In this document: positions 36,437 to 48,370 of the stretch, in pieces
How positions within the stretch are numbered: the stretch's first letter is position 1
Layout: each line of letters begins with the position of its first letter
NCBI GenBank assembly: GCA_963782165.1
Contig: CAWAIO010000002.1
Location: 148,298-212,297 of the forward strand
Direction: 5' to 3'
Source of the DNA: an uncultured Actinomycetota bacterium
Lineage (GTDB): Bacteria > Actinomycetota > Actinomycetes > Actinomycetales > Cellulomonadaceae
DNA length: 64,000 bases
Program-made: the position numbers and the translations under genes
The notes under the pieces: model-generated
The model's database searches: none
The model's input: the letters and a program-made list of their open reading frames with translations, nothing else
Told to the model about the DNA's origin: nothing

Positions 36437-37135
36437 GTGACGAACGCAGGGGGCGGGGGTCCGGCCGTCGCGCCGGGACAGGACAGAGCGAGCACGGTGA
36501 TGCACGGCGACCACGAGGCACCGAGGCCTCGGGTCCCGGTGTGGCGTCGGGCCGCCGACGAGGTCGGCGCGCACCGCGCCGCCACCTGGGCCGTGGGCGT
36601 CCCCGTGACGGTCCTGACTCTCGCGGGGGCCGTGCACGTCGGCCATCCGCCGGCCTCGCTGCCCGCGACGGCCTTCCTCGCGGCCGTGGGCTCGGCCCTC
36701 GCGCTGATCGACGTGCGCACGCACCGCCTGCCGAACGCGCTCGTCCTGCCGGCGTACCCGGTGCTGGCCGTCCTGCTGGGAGCGGCGAGCCTCCTCGGGC
36801 CCGACGACGGCGCACCGGTCCGGGCCCTGGCCGGCGGCATGGTCCTCTACGGTGCCTACTTCCTCCTGGCCCTCGCCCCGTCGGGGCTCGGGTTCGGGGA
36901 CGTCAAGCTCGCGGGACTGCTCGGCGCCTACCTCGCATGGTTCGGCTGGTCCGAGCTCGTGGTCGGCGCGAGCGCGGCCTTCCTCCTGGGCGGCCTGGCG
37001 TCCGTCGCCCTGCTCGCCACGCGGCGCGCAGGACGACGGACACTGATCCCGTTCGGCCCGTTCATGCTGACGGGCGCCGCCCTCGGGGCGCTCTGGGGAG
37101 CAGGCGTCGTGAGCCAGGCGTTGCTGACCGGCTGA
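36437..37135 (+). CDS. prepilin peptidase (family A24)
   Basis: IDVRTHRLPN and GLGFGDVKLA (two catalytic Asp), IPFGPFM; TAGGTT -10 lies 6 nt before the GTG. Confidence 0.88.
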   Translation: MTNAGGGGPAVAPGQDRASTVMHGDHEAPRPRVPVWRRAADEVGAHRAATWAVGVPVTVLTLAGAVHVGHPPASLPATAFLAAVGSALALIDVRTHRLPNALVLPAYPVLAVLLGAASLLGPDDGAPVRALAGGMVLYGAYFLLALAPSGLGFGDVKLAGLLGAYLAWFGWSELVVGASAAFLLGGLASVALLATRRAGRRTLIPFGPFMLTGAALGALWGAGVVSQALLTG

Positions 37136-37136
37136 G

Positions 37137-38045
37137 TCAAGGGGCCCCGGCGACGCTCGGGGCGAGCGCCTCCTCGAGGGCTGCGGCCATCGCGGCCAGC
37201 GGCGCGACCTGACCCGTCATGAGGCGCACCTGCTCGGCCGCCTGGTGCAGGAGCATGCGCTCGCCGCCCACGACCCTGTCCTCCCGGTCCGGCGTCCCGG
37301 CCGACCAGGCGCGGGAGAGCGCCGTCGGGCGGGGGTCGTAGACCACGTCGAGCAGGACGCCTCGCGGGGCGGCGCCCCCCGCCGCGGCGTGCGCGGTGAG
37401 CGCCTCCGCGACCGGGTCTGCCGCGCGCGAGGGCAGGGTCGACACGACCACGTCGACGTCGCGCACGCGCGCGCTCGCCGGGTCCAGCACCTCGAAGCGC
37501 GGGGTCACACCCATCCGGTGCGCGGCCCGCTGGAGGCCACCCGTGCGGCCGAGCGAACGCACCAGCACGGTCGGGGACGTGCAGCCCAGCTCGGCGAGCG
37601 CCGCCAGTGTCGAGGCGGCCGTCGCCCCGGCCCCCAGCACGACGGCGGACGCGACCGGCCGCTCCCCCGGGCCGCTGCCCAGCCCCTCGCGCAGTGCCGC
37701 GACCAGGCCGTGGACGTCCGTGTTGGCCCCGACCAGGGTCCGTCCGGAGCCCGTGGGCTGGAACAGGACCGTGTTGACGGCCCCCACGACCTCGGCGAGC
37801 GGCTCGACGTGGTCGAGCAGCTCGAACACGACCTGCTTGAGCGGCATGGTCAGGCTCAGGCCCGCCCACGCGTCGTCGAGACCGACCACGAAGCCGGGCA
37901 GCTGCTCCTCGGTCACGTCGATCGCGGTGTACTCCCACCCGTCCAGCCCCAGGGCGCGGTACGCGGCCGAGTGCAGGACGGGTGAGAGCGAGTGGGCCAC
38001 GGGGTGGCCCAGGACGGCGGCGCGGTGCACGTCGCTCACCGTCAC
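37137..38045 (-). CDS. aroE: shikimate dehydrogenase
   Basis: GHPVAHSLSP, SLTMPLK, AVNT, NTD, GAGATA, DVVY, MLLHQA. Confidence 0.94.
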   Translation of the reverse strand: MTVSDVHRAAVLGHPVAHSLSPVLHSAAYRALGLDGWEYTAIDVTEEQLPGFVVGLDDAWAGLSLTMPLKQVVFELLDHVEPLAEVVGAVNTVLFQPTGSGRTLVGANTDVHGLVAALREGLGSGPGERPVASAVVLGAGATAASTLAALAELGCTSPTVLVRSLGRTGGLQRAAHRMGVTPRFEVLDPASARVRDVDVVVSTLPSRAADPVAEALTAHAAAGGAAPRGVLLDVVYDPRPTALSRAWSAGTPDREDRVVGGERMLLHQAAEQVRLMTGQVAPLAAMAAALEEALAPSVAGAP

Positions 38046-39184
38046 GGGTTCTCCTTCTCCCACGCGCGCAGCTCGGCGACATACTTCTCGTGCTCGGCGT
38101 TCGTGGACGAGAACTTGGTCTCTCCAGTGTCGAGGTTCACCGCGACCCAGAAGAGCCAGTCCCCGGGCTCCGGGTTGAGCACGGCCTCGATCGAGGCCTT
38201 GCCCGGCGAGGCGATGGGGCCTGGCGGCAGCCCCTTGTGCTGATAGGTGTTGTACACGTTGGAGGCATCAGCCATGTCGGGCTTCGTGATCGTCGTCCCA
38301 GGACGCCCCAACCCGAACGCGACCGCCGCATCGATCTGAAGGACCATGTCTCGTTCGAGCCTGTTCTCGATCGCCCGTGCCATCTTGGGGCGGTCCGCGT
38401 CGGCCTTGGCCTCACGCTCGACCAGCGACGCCTTGATGATGACCGTCTGCCGGTCCGCGGGCGCGACCCCCAGCGCGTCGAGGTTGCTCACGGTCGCCGC
38501 GACCATGTTGGCCACGATGGTCTCGGGCGTGTCGTCGGGCTCGAGCAGGTAGGTCGACGGGAAGAACCAGCCCTCGAAGTTGCCGCCGGCCTCGGCCGGG
38601 AGGCCCACCGCGGCAGGATCTGCCATGGCGGCCTCGAACTCCTCGACCGGTTTCCCGGTCACCGACACGGCACGATCGATGACCTGTGCCTTGGTGAACC
38701 CCTCGGGGATCGTCAGCTTCGTCTCGTTCTTGCTCTCCTTGGAGAGCAGGAGCGCCACGGCAGCCGAGCCCTTCATCTCGGTGAGCATGGTGAAGTTGCC
38801 CGGCTGGATCTTGCTCGCCTCGGGGTTGGCCTTGTAGGCGTCCGTGAACGCCTTGACCGACTTCACCACCCCGGCGTCGACGAGCGTCTGCCCGATGACC
38901 GCACCGGTCGATCCCGGCTCGATCGTCACGTCGACCGGGTCGACACCCTGACCCTCGTAGTCCGACGCGGCGAACGGGTTCTCGAAGCCCAGCAGGCTCG
39001 ACGCGTTCGAGACCAGGTAGTACCCGGCCCCGCCGACGAGCAGGAGCGCCACCACCACGATGAGGGTGCGACGACGCCGACGCTGGGCGCGCTTCTTCGC
39101 GGCCCTGCGGTCCCTGCCACCCGAGCGGGACGCCCGGGTCGGTTGCTCGTGCTGCACCGGCGGGCGTTCGAATAGGTCGGTCAC
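38042..39184 (-). CDS. mltG: endolytic transglycosylase
   Basis: Basic stretch plus TM anchor, TIPEG, EGWFFPSTY, ASLVEREA, YNTY, GLPPGPI. Confidence 0.93.
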   Translation of the reverse strand: MTDLFERPPVQHEQPTRASRSGGRDRRAAKKRAQRRRRRTLIVVVALLLVGGAGYYLVSNASSLLGFENPFAASDYEGQGVDPVDVTIEPGSTGAVIGQTLVDAGVVKSVKAFTDAYKANPEASKIQPGNFTMLTEMKGSAAVALLLSKESKNETKLTIPEGFTKAQVIDRAVSVTGKPVEEFEAAMADPAAVGLPAEAGGNFEGWFFPSTYLLEPDDTPETIVANMVAATVSNLDALGVAPADRQTVIIKASLVEREAKADADRPKMARAIENRLERDMVLQIDAAVAFGLGRPGTTITKPDMADASNVYNTYQHKGLPPGPIASPGKASIEAVLNPEPGDWLFWVAVNLDTGETKFSSTNAEHEKYVAELRAWEKENP

Positions 39185-39239
39185 GGGAGATTGCCTCCTG
39201 ACGAGTGCGTGCGCGGCGGTCCTTGCCACGTCACGACGA

Positions 39240-39770
39240 TCAACTTTCTACGTACTCTCCAGCGCGCGCCCCCGCGCTCCGCTCACGGTCCAGAGCGGTC
39301 TGGAGGATGATAACCGCCGCTGCCTGGTCCACGACAGAGCGCTGCTTGCGCCCGGCGCGACCCGAAGCCCTCAGCGCCTGGTGGGCGCTGACGGTCGTCA
39401 TCCGTTCGTCGACGAGGTGCACCGGGACGGGTGCGATGGCACGGGCCACCAGTCCAGCGTACGCACGTGCCCCCTGGGTGGCGGCACCTTCTGCCCCGGA
39501 AAGATGGCGAGGGAGCCCGATGTACACCACACGTGCACCTCGTTCCTCCACTTCCGCCGCGATCCGGGCGACGTCGCTCGGCAGGGGCGAGGCGGCGTCG
39601 TCGGGCGCCGGAACTGCGGTCTTGAGGTCGCGCGCGAGGGTCTCGACGGGCGTCGCGATCAGTCCGTCGGGGTCGCTCGTGGCGAGCCCGACGCGGACGC
39701 TGCCCACGTCGACGCCCAGGCGGGCGCCCCTCGGGAGAGGGACGCCCGCCTGGTGCTCGTCGAACGTCAC
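39240..39770 (-). CDS. ruvX: YqgF/RuvX family nuclease
   Basis: LGVDVGSVRVGLA, IGLP, DERMTT, VDQAAAVIIL; follows alaS. Confidence 0.92.
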   Translation of the reverse strand: MTFDEHQAGVPLPRGARLGVDVGSVRVGLATSDPDGLIATPVETLARDLKTAVPAPDDAASPLPSDVARIAAEVEERGARVVYIGLPRHLSGAEGAATQGARAYAGLVARAIAPVPVHLVDERMTTVSAHQALRASGRAGRKQRSVVDQAAAVIILQTALDRERSAGARAGEYVES

Positions 39771-39781
39771 CCGGTCGCCGC

Positions 39782-42477
39782 TCAGAGCGCCGAGGCGACG
39801 TCGTCGCGGATGCCCGCGAGGGCGGCCGGGAGCGCGGACACGTCGGTGCCGCCCCCCTGGGCCATGTCGTCCTTGCCCCCGCCGCCGCCACCGAGCACGC
39901 CCGACGCCTTCTTCGCGAGGGCGCCGGCCCGCAGGCCCGCCTCGCGCGCCGGCGCGTTGGTGACGATGACGACCTGGGGGCGCCCCTTGCTCACGCCGCC
40001 GACCGCGACGACGCTCGGCGCGGAGTCCGCGAGGCGTCCACGCACGTCGAGCGCGAGCGCACGCAGGTCGTCGGCCGAGGCGACCTCGCCCGCGTCGTGC
40101 ACCACGACGCGCGTGGTGCCCACGGTCTCCGCACCGGCCGCGAGGTTCGAGGCCGCGGCCAGGAGCTGGGCCTGGCGCAGCGCACCGAGCTCCTTCTCCG
40201 CGTCGCGCAGGCGCGAGACGAGCGAGCTCACCCGGTCCGGCAGCTCCTCGGTGCGCACGTTGAGCAGGCCCGTGAGCTGCCCCACCAGGGCGTGCTCCTT
40301 GGCCTGGAAGCCGTAGGCACCGTCGCCGACCAGGGCGTCGACACGGCGCACGCCCGAACCGATCGAGGACTCGCCGAGCAGCGTGACCAGGCCGAGCTGG
40401 CCGGACTGCTTGACGTGCGTGCCCGCGCACAGCTCGCGCGACCAGTCGCCGCCGATCGAGACGACGCGCACCTGGTCGCCGTACTTCTCGCCGAACAGCG
40501 CCATGGCGCCCAGGGCCCTGGCCTCGGCGATGGGCATGACCTTGTCCGTGACCTCGAGGTTCTCGGCGAGCTGGGTGTTGACGCGCTCCTCGACCTCGGA
40601 CAGGACCCCCGCGGGCACGGCGCTCGAGGCGCGGAAGTCGAAGCGGATGCGGCTCGGCGCGTTCTCCGAGCCGGCCTGCGTCGCGTCCTTGCCCAGGGCC
40701 TCCTGGATGGACTTGTGGATCATGTGCGTCGCGGTGTGAGCGCGGCTGATCGCCTTGCGGCGCGCCGTGTCGATCTGCGCGGTGCCGGGGTCCCCCAGCG
40801 CCACGACGCCCTCGACGAGGCGCCCGCGGTGGACCGAGAAGCCCTTGATGGGGCGCTGCACGTCGTCGACCTCGATGGTCGCGCCGCCGTCGAGCACGAT
40901 CGTCCCGTGGTCGGCGAGCTGGCCACCGGCCTCGGCGTAGAACGGCGTGCGGTCGAGCACGACCTCGACGTCGGCCGGGGCCGTCGCGGCCGGGGAGGGC
41001 ACGCCGTCGACCATGAGGCCCACGACGTTGACCGACGCCGTGGCGTCGGTGTAGCCGAGGAACTCCACGGGGCGCGCGAGCTCGCTCTGCAGCGCCTCGT
41101 AGGCCGCAGTGTCCACCCCGCCCGTGCGCTTGGCGAGCGCGTCGGCGCGAGCACGCGTGCGCTGCTCCTGCATGAGGGCGCGGAACGCCTTCTCGTCGAC
41201 CTGGACACCCTGCTCGGCGGCCATCTCGAGCGTGAGGTCGATGGGGAAGCCGTAGGTGTCGTGCAGGGCGAACGCCTGGTCGCCGGGCAGGACGGGCGTG
41301 CCGCCCGCCCCCGCCGTGGTCTTGGCGGCCGCGACCGCAGTGTCCAGAATCGTGGTGCCCGAGGTCAGGGTGCGGCGGAACGCCTCCTCCTCGGCGTAGG
41401 CGATCTGGGAGATGCGCTCGAAGTCTGTCCCGACCTCCGGGTAGGAGGCCTGCATGGCGTCGCGCGAGACCGGGAACAGCTGGGGCAGCGAGGGGTCCTC
41501 GACGCCCAGCAGGCGCATGGCGCGCACCGAGCGGCGCAGCAGGCGGCGCAGGACGTAGCCGCGGCCCTCGTTCGAGGGGCGCACGCCGTCGCTGATGATC
41601 ATGAGGGCCGAGCGCACGTGGTCGGCGACCACGCGCATGCGCACGTCGTCGTCCTGGTTCGCGCCGTACTGCTTGCCTGAGAGCTTCTGCACCGCCTCGA
41701 TGACGGGGAAGACCTCGTCGATCTCGTACATGTTGTCGACTCCCTGCAGGACGAGCGCGAGGCGCTCGAGGCCCATGCCGGTGTCGATGTTCTTCTTCGT
41801 GAGCTCGCCCAGGATGGGGAAGGACTCCTTGGTCCCGCCATCGCCGCGCTCGTACTGCATGAAGACGAGGTTCCAGATCTCCAGGAACCGGTCGCCCGCG
41901 AGGTCGATCGCGGGGCCGCCGTCGGGGCCGTAGGCCGGGCCGCGGTCGTAGAAGATCTCGGAGCACGGGCCGGCGGGTCCACGGGCACCCGTGGACCAGT
42001 AGTTGGGTCCTCATGCCCAGGCCCTGGATGCGCTCGTCCGGCAGCCCGGCGATCTTCTTCCAGAGCTGGCGCGCCTCGTCGTCCTCGTGGAAGACGGTCA
42101 CCCAGATCTTGTCCCGGGTCGATGCCGTACCCGCCCTCGTCCTGCGACCGCGTGATGAGGTCCCAGGCGTAGGTGATGGCACCCTCCTTGAAGTAGTCCC
42201 CGAACGAGAAGTTGCCGTTCATCTGGAAGAACGTGCCGTGGCGCGTGGTCTTGCCCACGTCCTCGATGTCGAGCGTGCGCACGCACTTCTGCACGCTCGT
42301 CGCGCGCTTCCAGGGCGCGGTCTGCTCGCCCGTCATGTACGGGATGAACGGCACCATGCCCGCGATGGTGAACAGGGTCGACGGGTCCGGCGAGATCAGC
42401 GACGCGGAGGGCACGACGGTGTGGTCCTGGGCGGCGAAGTAGTCGAGCCAACGCTTGCGGATCTCGGCGGTACGCAT
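39782..42477 (-). CDS. alaS: alanine--tRNA ligase (apparent frameshifts at about 42005-42120)
   Basis: [56 protein letters not shown]. Confidence 0.96.
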
Positions 42478-42634
42478 GATGTCCTTCGGAGGTCGGTGAT
42501 GGAACGGGCCGGGGCGCGCCGCTGGGCGGCCGACACCGGCTAGAACAAGTATGTTCCCGCCGTGCTTCCCTCCCGGACCGTGCGCGCTGCGCGACGGGCG
42601 GGAGTCGGCCGGCGAGAGTGGTCCGGCGGGTGGA

Positions 42635-42976
42635 TCAGTAGAACGAGTACCCCAGGAGGTCCTCGTCCTCGTCGAGGTCGGGGCTACCCGTCCGCTCGCG
42701 CCGGGCGGCGCGGGCCGCGCGCACGTCGTCGGGGTGCGGCTGGCCCTCCGCGAGCAGGGCCGCGAGCAGCTCGGCCTCGCGAGCGTCGCGCGCGGTGCGG
42801 AACTCCTCGCGGAACACCGCGACGAACCCCGTCGCCTTCTCCCCGAGCGCGTTGACCTGGTCGGTCGCCTGGTCGACGAGCGAGGCGGGCGCGTAGCGCG
42901 CGATCACCTGGCGTCCCTTGACCACCACGACGACCGTGATGGCGACGCCGACCCCGACCCAGAAGACCCGTCGCAT
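42635..42976 (-). CDS. small membrane-anchored protein (DUF6167-like) downstream of DUF948
   Basis: [21 protein letters not shown]; helical tail REAEL; typical position before alaS. Confidence 0.7.
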   Translation of the reverse strand: MRRVFWVGVGVAITVVVVVKGRQVIARYAPASLVDQATDQVNALGEKATGFVAVFREEFRTARDAREAELLAALLAEGQPHPDDVRAARAARRERTGSPDLDEDEDLLGYSFY

Positions 42977-43351
42977 CAGCGACCGGCCCGCGGGCCCGAG
43001 CGCCCCGAGGCGCGAGCGAAGGCCTGGCGCACACCGTAGGTGAACGCCGCGACCTTGACGAGCGGGGCCCCGAAGGTCGCCGCGTACAGACCCGTGAGCG
43101 CCGACACGTTCTCGCTGACCTGGGCTGCGGACGTCGTGATCGTGTCGACCTTGACGAGCTGGCTGTTCGTGGTCGCGACCGTGGTCGCGGCCTCGTCGAG
43201 GATCGGCACCGAGTGGTCCGTGACCTCCTTGATGCTCGACGCGGGCCTCGTCGAGGACCCGGCCGAGCTTGACCAGAGGCACCGCGAGGACCCCGACCAG
43301 CAGCACGAATGCGATGGCGGCGATCAGCCCGGCCACATCTCCTACGGACAT
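42976..43351 (-). CDS. DUF948 family membrane protein (apparent frameshift near 43235)
   Basis: MSVGDVAGLIAAIAFVLLV...KLG / VDTIT...NVSALT...PLVKVAAFTYGVR. Confidence 0.82.
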
Positions 43352-43416
43352 CTCCTGCTCCTCCTTCGATGGCGCGACGCGACGAGCGGCACGCCTCGCG
43401 AAACCTTACCCGCGAC

Positions 43417-43464
43417 GCACGAACGCCCCGCTCCCCGTCGAAGCGGTGAGCGAGGCGTTCGTGC
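43417..43464 (-). terminator. long hairpin downstream of rpsD
   Basis: gcacgaacgcc...ggcgttcgtgc outer arms with inner pairing. Confidence 0.6.
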
Positions 43465-43494
43465 ACGGCACGCGGCAGAGACCGCGCAGGAGGA

Positions 43495-44123
43495 TCAGCG
43501 AGCGTAGTACTCGACGACGAGCTGGACCTCGCAGGTCACGGGGACCTCGACGCGCTTGGGGCGACGCACCAGGACGGCGCTCAGCTTCTCGAGCTGGACG
43601 TCGAGGTAGGCCGGGACGGCCGGCAGGACGTCGCGGTGCGCGCCGGCAGCGGCGACCTGGAACGGCATGGTGGCCTGGCTCTTCGGCTTGACCTGGATCG
43701 TCTGGCCCGGCTTCACGCGTGAACGAGGGGCGGTCGACGATCTTGCCGTCGACGAGGATGTGGCGGTGCGCCGACGGCCTGGCGTGCCTGCAGGATGGTG
43801 CGGGCGAAGCCGGAGCGCAGCACGAGCGCGTCGAGACGCATCTCGAGGTTCTCGACCAGGGCCTCACCGGTCAGACCGGCGTCCTTGCGGGCGTCCTCGT
43901 AGGCACGGGCCATCTGCTTCTCGCGGAGCGCGTACTGGGCGCGCAGACGCTGCTTCTCGCGCAGACGGACCGCGTAGTCCGACTCGGTGCGGCGACGGGC
44001 GCGGCCGTGCTCACCGGGCGGGTAGGGACGCTTCTCGAAGTGCTTGACGGCCTTGGGCGTGAGCGCGAGGCCCAGCGCGCGGCTCAGGCGCACCTGGCGG
44101 CGCGAACGGGTCACTGAAGACAC
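43495..44123 (-). CDS. rpsD: 30S ribosomal protein S4 (apparent frameshifts at about 43715-43775)
   Basis: PPGEHG, LREKQRLR, LEMRLDALV, QARQ, HILVDG..VDRPS, QLVVEYYAR. Confidence 0.95.
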
Positions 44124-44410
44124 AGTGTGTTCCTGTCCTGTCGTGTTCTTGACGTCACACCCGTGCGGATTGCCGGGTGCGGGACCAGCCGATGAGCCAC
44201 CGCCGCGATCCGTGAGGATGTCGACTCCCCTCGACCTGGATCGAGGGTGTCCTGCGGGGCTGCGGGGCCGAGGTCCCAGGTGGCCGTCCCTGCCCTGACG
44301 GGCCGAGACAACCTGAGAAGTCTACCGCACGGGGCACGGGGGCCGGTCCGCGGGCCTCTTCCGCGGCCCGCTCGCCCGGAGGGCGGGGGGTCCTCGCCTC
44401 GCGCGCGGCG

Positions 44411-45948
44411 TCAGTCGCCCAGGATCTGCCGGATGCGCTCGAGCCGCTCGGTCACCGAGCGCTCGAACCCGCGGTCCGTCGGGGTGTAGTAGCGGGTGCC
44501 CGGCAGGACGTCCGGGCAGGTACTGCTGGCGCGCGACCGCGTGCGGGGCGTCGTGCGCGTACTGGTACCCCTTGCCGTGCCCCAGCTCCTTGGCCCCCGC
44601 GTAGTGCGCGTCGCGCAGGTGCGCGGGCACCGTGCCGACCTTGCCGGCCCGCACGTCCGCGAGCGCCGCGTCGATCCCGAGGTAGGCCGCGTTGGACTTG
44701 GGGGCCGTCGCCAGGTGCACGACGGCCTCGGCGAGGATGATCCGGGCCTCGGGCATGCCGATGAGCGCGACGGCCTGGGCCGCGGCGACCGCGGTCTGCA
44801 GGGCGCTGGGGTCGGCCATGCCGACGTCCTCGGCGGCGGAGATGACGATGCGCCGGGCGATGAACCGGGGGTCCTCCCCCGCGGCGATCATGCGCGCGAG
44901 GTAGTGCAGGGACGCGTCGACGTCGGAGCCGCGCATGGACTTGATGAAGGCGCTCGATGACGTCGTAGTGCTGGTCGCCGTCGCGGTCGTAGCGGACCGC
45001 GGCGACGTCGATCGCGCGCTCCATGGTCTCGAGGTCGACGACCACAGGTCCGTGTGCCGCCGCCGGGGCGGGCGTCTCGTCGGGCTCGGACTCGTCGCCC
45101 GCCGCGTCCCGCGCGTCCTCCTCCCCCGGGTCGGCCGCCCTGCCCGGCCCGACGGCGTCGCCCGGCTCGGGCGTGCCGTCGTCGGGACCCGCGGTGGGCA
45201 CCGGAGACTCCGGCACCTCCGAGAGCGCGGCGCCCGCGGCGGCCTCGAGGATCGTCAGGGCCTTGCGGGCGTCGCCGCCCGCGAGGCGCAGCAGGTGCTC
45301 CTCGGCCTCCTCCGCGAGCGCGACGGCCCCGCCCAGCCCGCGCTCGTCGACCACGCGCGCGACGCACCAGGGCACGGACGTCGCCCGATGTCGAGGGGCT
45401 GGAGGGTCAGCAGCAGCGAGCGCGACAGCAGCGGCGAGTTGACCGAGAAGCTCGGGTTCTCCGTGGTGGCCGCCACGAGCGTGACCCAGCGGTTCTCCAC
45501 GCTGGGCAGCAGCGCGTCCTGCTGGGACTTGGAGAAGCGGTGGACCTCGTCGATGAACAGGACGGTCTCGCTCGCCGCCCGTGGCCAGCCGGCGCCGGGC
45601 GTCGTCGATGACCTGGCGCACGTCCTTGACGCCCGCGGTGACGGCCGAGAGCTCGACGAAGCGCCGGCCCGAGGTCGAGGCGATGAGGTAGGCGAGGGTC
45701 GTCTTGCCCGTGCCGGGCGGGCCCCACAGGATGACCGAGCCCGGGGCCGCGCGCGAGGCGCCGGCGTCCGTCCACGGCTCGATCAGGCGGCGCAGCGGCG
45801 AGCCGGCGACCAGCAGGTGCTCCTGCCCGGCCACCTCCTCGAGGGCCGCAGGGCGCATGCGCACAGCGAGGGGCGAGCCCGGCCCCGGGCGGGGTGTCCC
45901 CTGGGTGCCGGAGGTCGCGGCGTCGAACAGGTCCATCCCGGGAAGCAT
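44411..45948 (-). CDS. rarA: replication-associated recombination protein A (several apparent frameshifts)
   Basis: [64 protein letters not shown]. Confidence 0.92.
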
Positions 45949-45954
45949 GCCTCG

Positions 45955-45976
45955 AGCCTACGCACCGCCACCCACA
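45955..45976 (-). promoter_or_regulatory. candidate PafBC-type promoter of rarA (TGTGGG-N10-TAGGCT-N6-ATG)
   Basis: 1 mismatch to TGTCGG-N10-TA-N3-T. Confidence 0.6.
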
Positions 45977-46108
45977 CGCACCGACCGGCGTGTGCCGGCG
46001 CGCGCCCTCGCGCTGTCCCCGGTCGCGTGCCGTCGCGCACCGTGGGAGCGGTCCGCTCACATCCTGCACGACCCGGCGCGGTCGCGGCCGAGGTGCCATG
46101 CTGGCCGG

Positions 46109-48353
46109 GTGTTCGAGAGCCTGGGGCGCACCGTCGCCCACCGTCCCCGCCTGACCGTCGCCGTCTGGATCGTGCTGACCGTCCTCGGCTTCGCGCTCGC
46201 CGTCGTGGGGGTCCACGGCGAGAGCCTGTTCGACCGCCTGACGTCGGGCGAGCCCGCGGTCCCGGGCTCGCAGAGCGAGCGCGGCACGCAGATCCTGACC
46301 GAGCAGGACACGACGGGCGAGGAGATCTCGTTGCTCGTGAGCGGCGTCGACCCGGCCGACCCTGCGGTCGCCGAGGCCATGGACCCCGTGCACCAGCAGC
46401 TCGCCGCGATCACCGGGGTCGCGACGGTCGTCGACCCGTTCGTGATCCCCGGGGGGATCGAGACGGCGGCCGCCCAGTCCCTCGTCGCGGCCGACGGCGA
46501 CGGGTTCCTGGTCGTCGGTCACGCTCGAGGCGGGCCTCGACGAGGAGACCACGGCCGCCGCGGCGAGCGACGTCGTCGAACGGCTCGAGGCCGTGCCCGA
46601 GGACCTGGCCGAGGCCGCCCCGGGCGCGACCGGGCTCGTCTCGAGCAACGACCTGATCGTCGAGGCCATCACGTCCCAGGTCGAGAAGGACCTCACCACG
46701 GGCGAGATGATCGCCCTGCCCATCGCCCTGCTCGTCATGGTGCTCGTGTTCGGCGGGTTCCTCGCGGCCGCGATGCCCATGGCCGGGGCCATCGCCTCGA
46801 TCGGCGCGGGTCTGGGCGTCCTGCTGGCGCTGTCCTACCCGCTCACGATCGACGCGGCGGTCGTCAACGTCGTGACCCTGCTGGGCCTGGGCCTCTCGAT
46901 CGACTACGGGCTGCTGATCGTCTCGCGCTTCCGCGAGGAGCTGCACCGCCTCGTCGACGAGCGGGACCCCTCGCCGGCCGGGACGCCGGTCCCCGCGGCG
47001 CGGGCCGAGGTCACGACCGCAGTCGTGCGCACCATGGCCACCGCGGGCCGCACCGTCGCCTTCTCCGCGCTGACCGTCGCCATCTCCATCGCGGGGCTGA
47101 TGGTCTTCGAGCCTGACATCCTGCGCGCGATCGGCGCGGCAGGGCTCGCGATCATCCTGATCGCCGTGGCTACCGCCTTGACGCTCGTGCCCGCGCTGCT
47201 CACCCTCGCCGGGCACCGCCTGGTGGCCCCCAGCATCCTCAGCCGCGTCCCCGGCCTGCGGGCCGTCCTGGCGCGCACGGCCGACGTCCAGTCCGACGAA
47301 GGCGTGTTCTCCCGTCTGACCGGGCGCGTCCAGCGTCACCCGGTGTGGGTCATGCTCGGCACCGTGGCCGTCCTGATCGTCCTGGCGCTGCCCGTCCTGG
47401 GGCTGCAGATGCGCAACTCGGGTATCGAGCTCCTGCCCCAGAGCTCTCCCCAGCGCGAGTTCGTCGACGAGGTCACCGCCCAGTTCCCCGCGTCCGAGAG
47501 CCCCGACCTGCGCATCGTGACCGACTCCACGCCCGAGCAGGCCCAGGCCTGGGCCGAGGAGATCGCGGGGCTCGAGCACGTCGAACGGGTCGACCCGGCG
47601 GCCCCCGTTGGCCCCGACCACGCGGTCGTCGGGGTCCATGTCGACACCGACGACGCGGGCGGCCCCGAGGCAGTGGCCGTCGTGGACGAGGTCCGGGCTC
47701 TGGACCCCGGCTTCGACTTCTACGTCACGGGCCAGGCGGCCGGGCAGGTCGACTTCCGGGCGGCGCTCGCGGACCGGGTGTGGTGGGCCGTGGGCATCGT
47801 GGTGGTGGCGACGTTCGTGCTGCTGTTCCTCATGACGGGATCGGTGCTCATCCCGGTCAAGGCGCTCCTGACGAACGCCCTGTCCCTGGCCGCGTCGCTC
47901 GGCGTCCTGGTGTGGGTGTTCCAGGAAGGGCACCTGGAGGGGGTGCTGGACTTCACCTCGGCGGGCGGGATCGAGACGTACGTCGTCGCCCTCGTGATCG
48001 CGTTCGCGTTCGGCCTGGCGATGGACTACGAGGTGTTCCTGCTCTCGCGCATCAAGGAGCTGCACGACGCCGGCCTGTCGAACGACGAGGCCGTGCGCCT
48101 GGGGCTGCAGCGGTCCGGGCGCATCATCACCTCGGCCGCGGCCATCATCATCGTGGTCTTCGCGGGCTTCGTGTTCGGTGAGCTCCTCGTCATCAAGGAG
48201 GTCGGGTTCGCGCTGGCCGTGGCCGTCTTCATCGACGCGACGATCGTGCGGATCCTGCTGGTGCCGGCCACCATGACGCTCCTGGGCCGGGCCAACTGGT
48301 GGGCGCCCAAGCCTCTGGAGCGCCTGTACGAGCGTTTCTCGATCACGCACTGA
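46109..48353 (+). CDS. MMPL (RND) family transporter (apparent frameshift near 46519)
   Basis: GLGLSIDYGLLIVSRFREE, TAGRTVAFS, FGLAMDYEVFLLSRIKE, GRIITSAA, LVPA, NWWAP. Confidence 0.92.
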
Positions 48354-48370
48354 GCCGACCCTCCCCCGCT

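Noticed and set aside
39240-42182. 980-aa ORF ending in RuvX; likewise 48444-50510, 1304-3004 and 53701-56160
   Set aside because: Off-frame or antisense GC-rich read-through upstream of the true genes; only the C-terminal parts are real
42478-42634. T-box or attenuator before alaS (also checked aspS and hisS)
   Set aside because: No AAGGTGGTACC-type T-box or leader-peptide pattern recognisable
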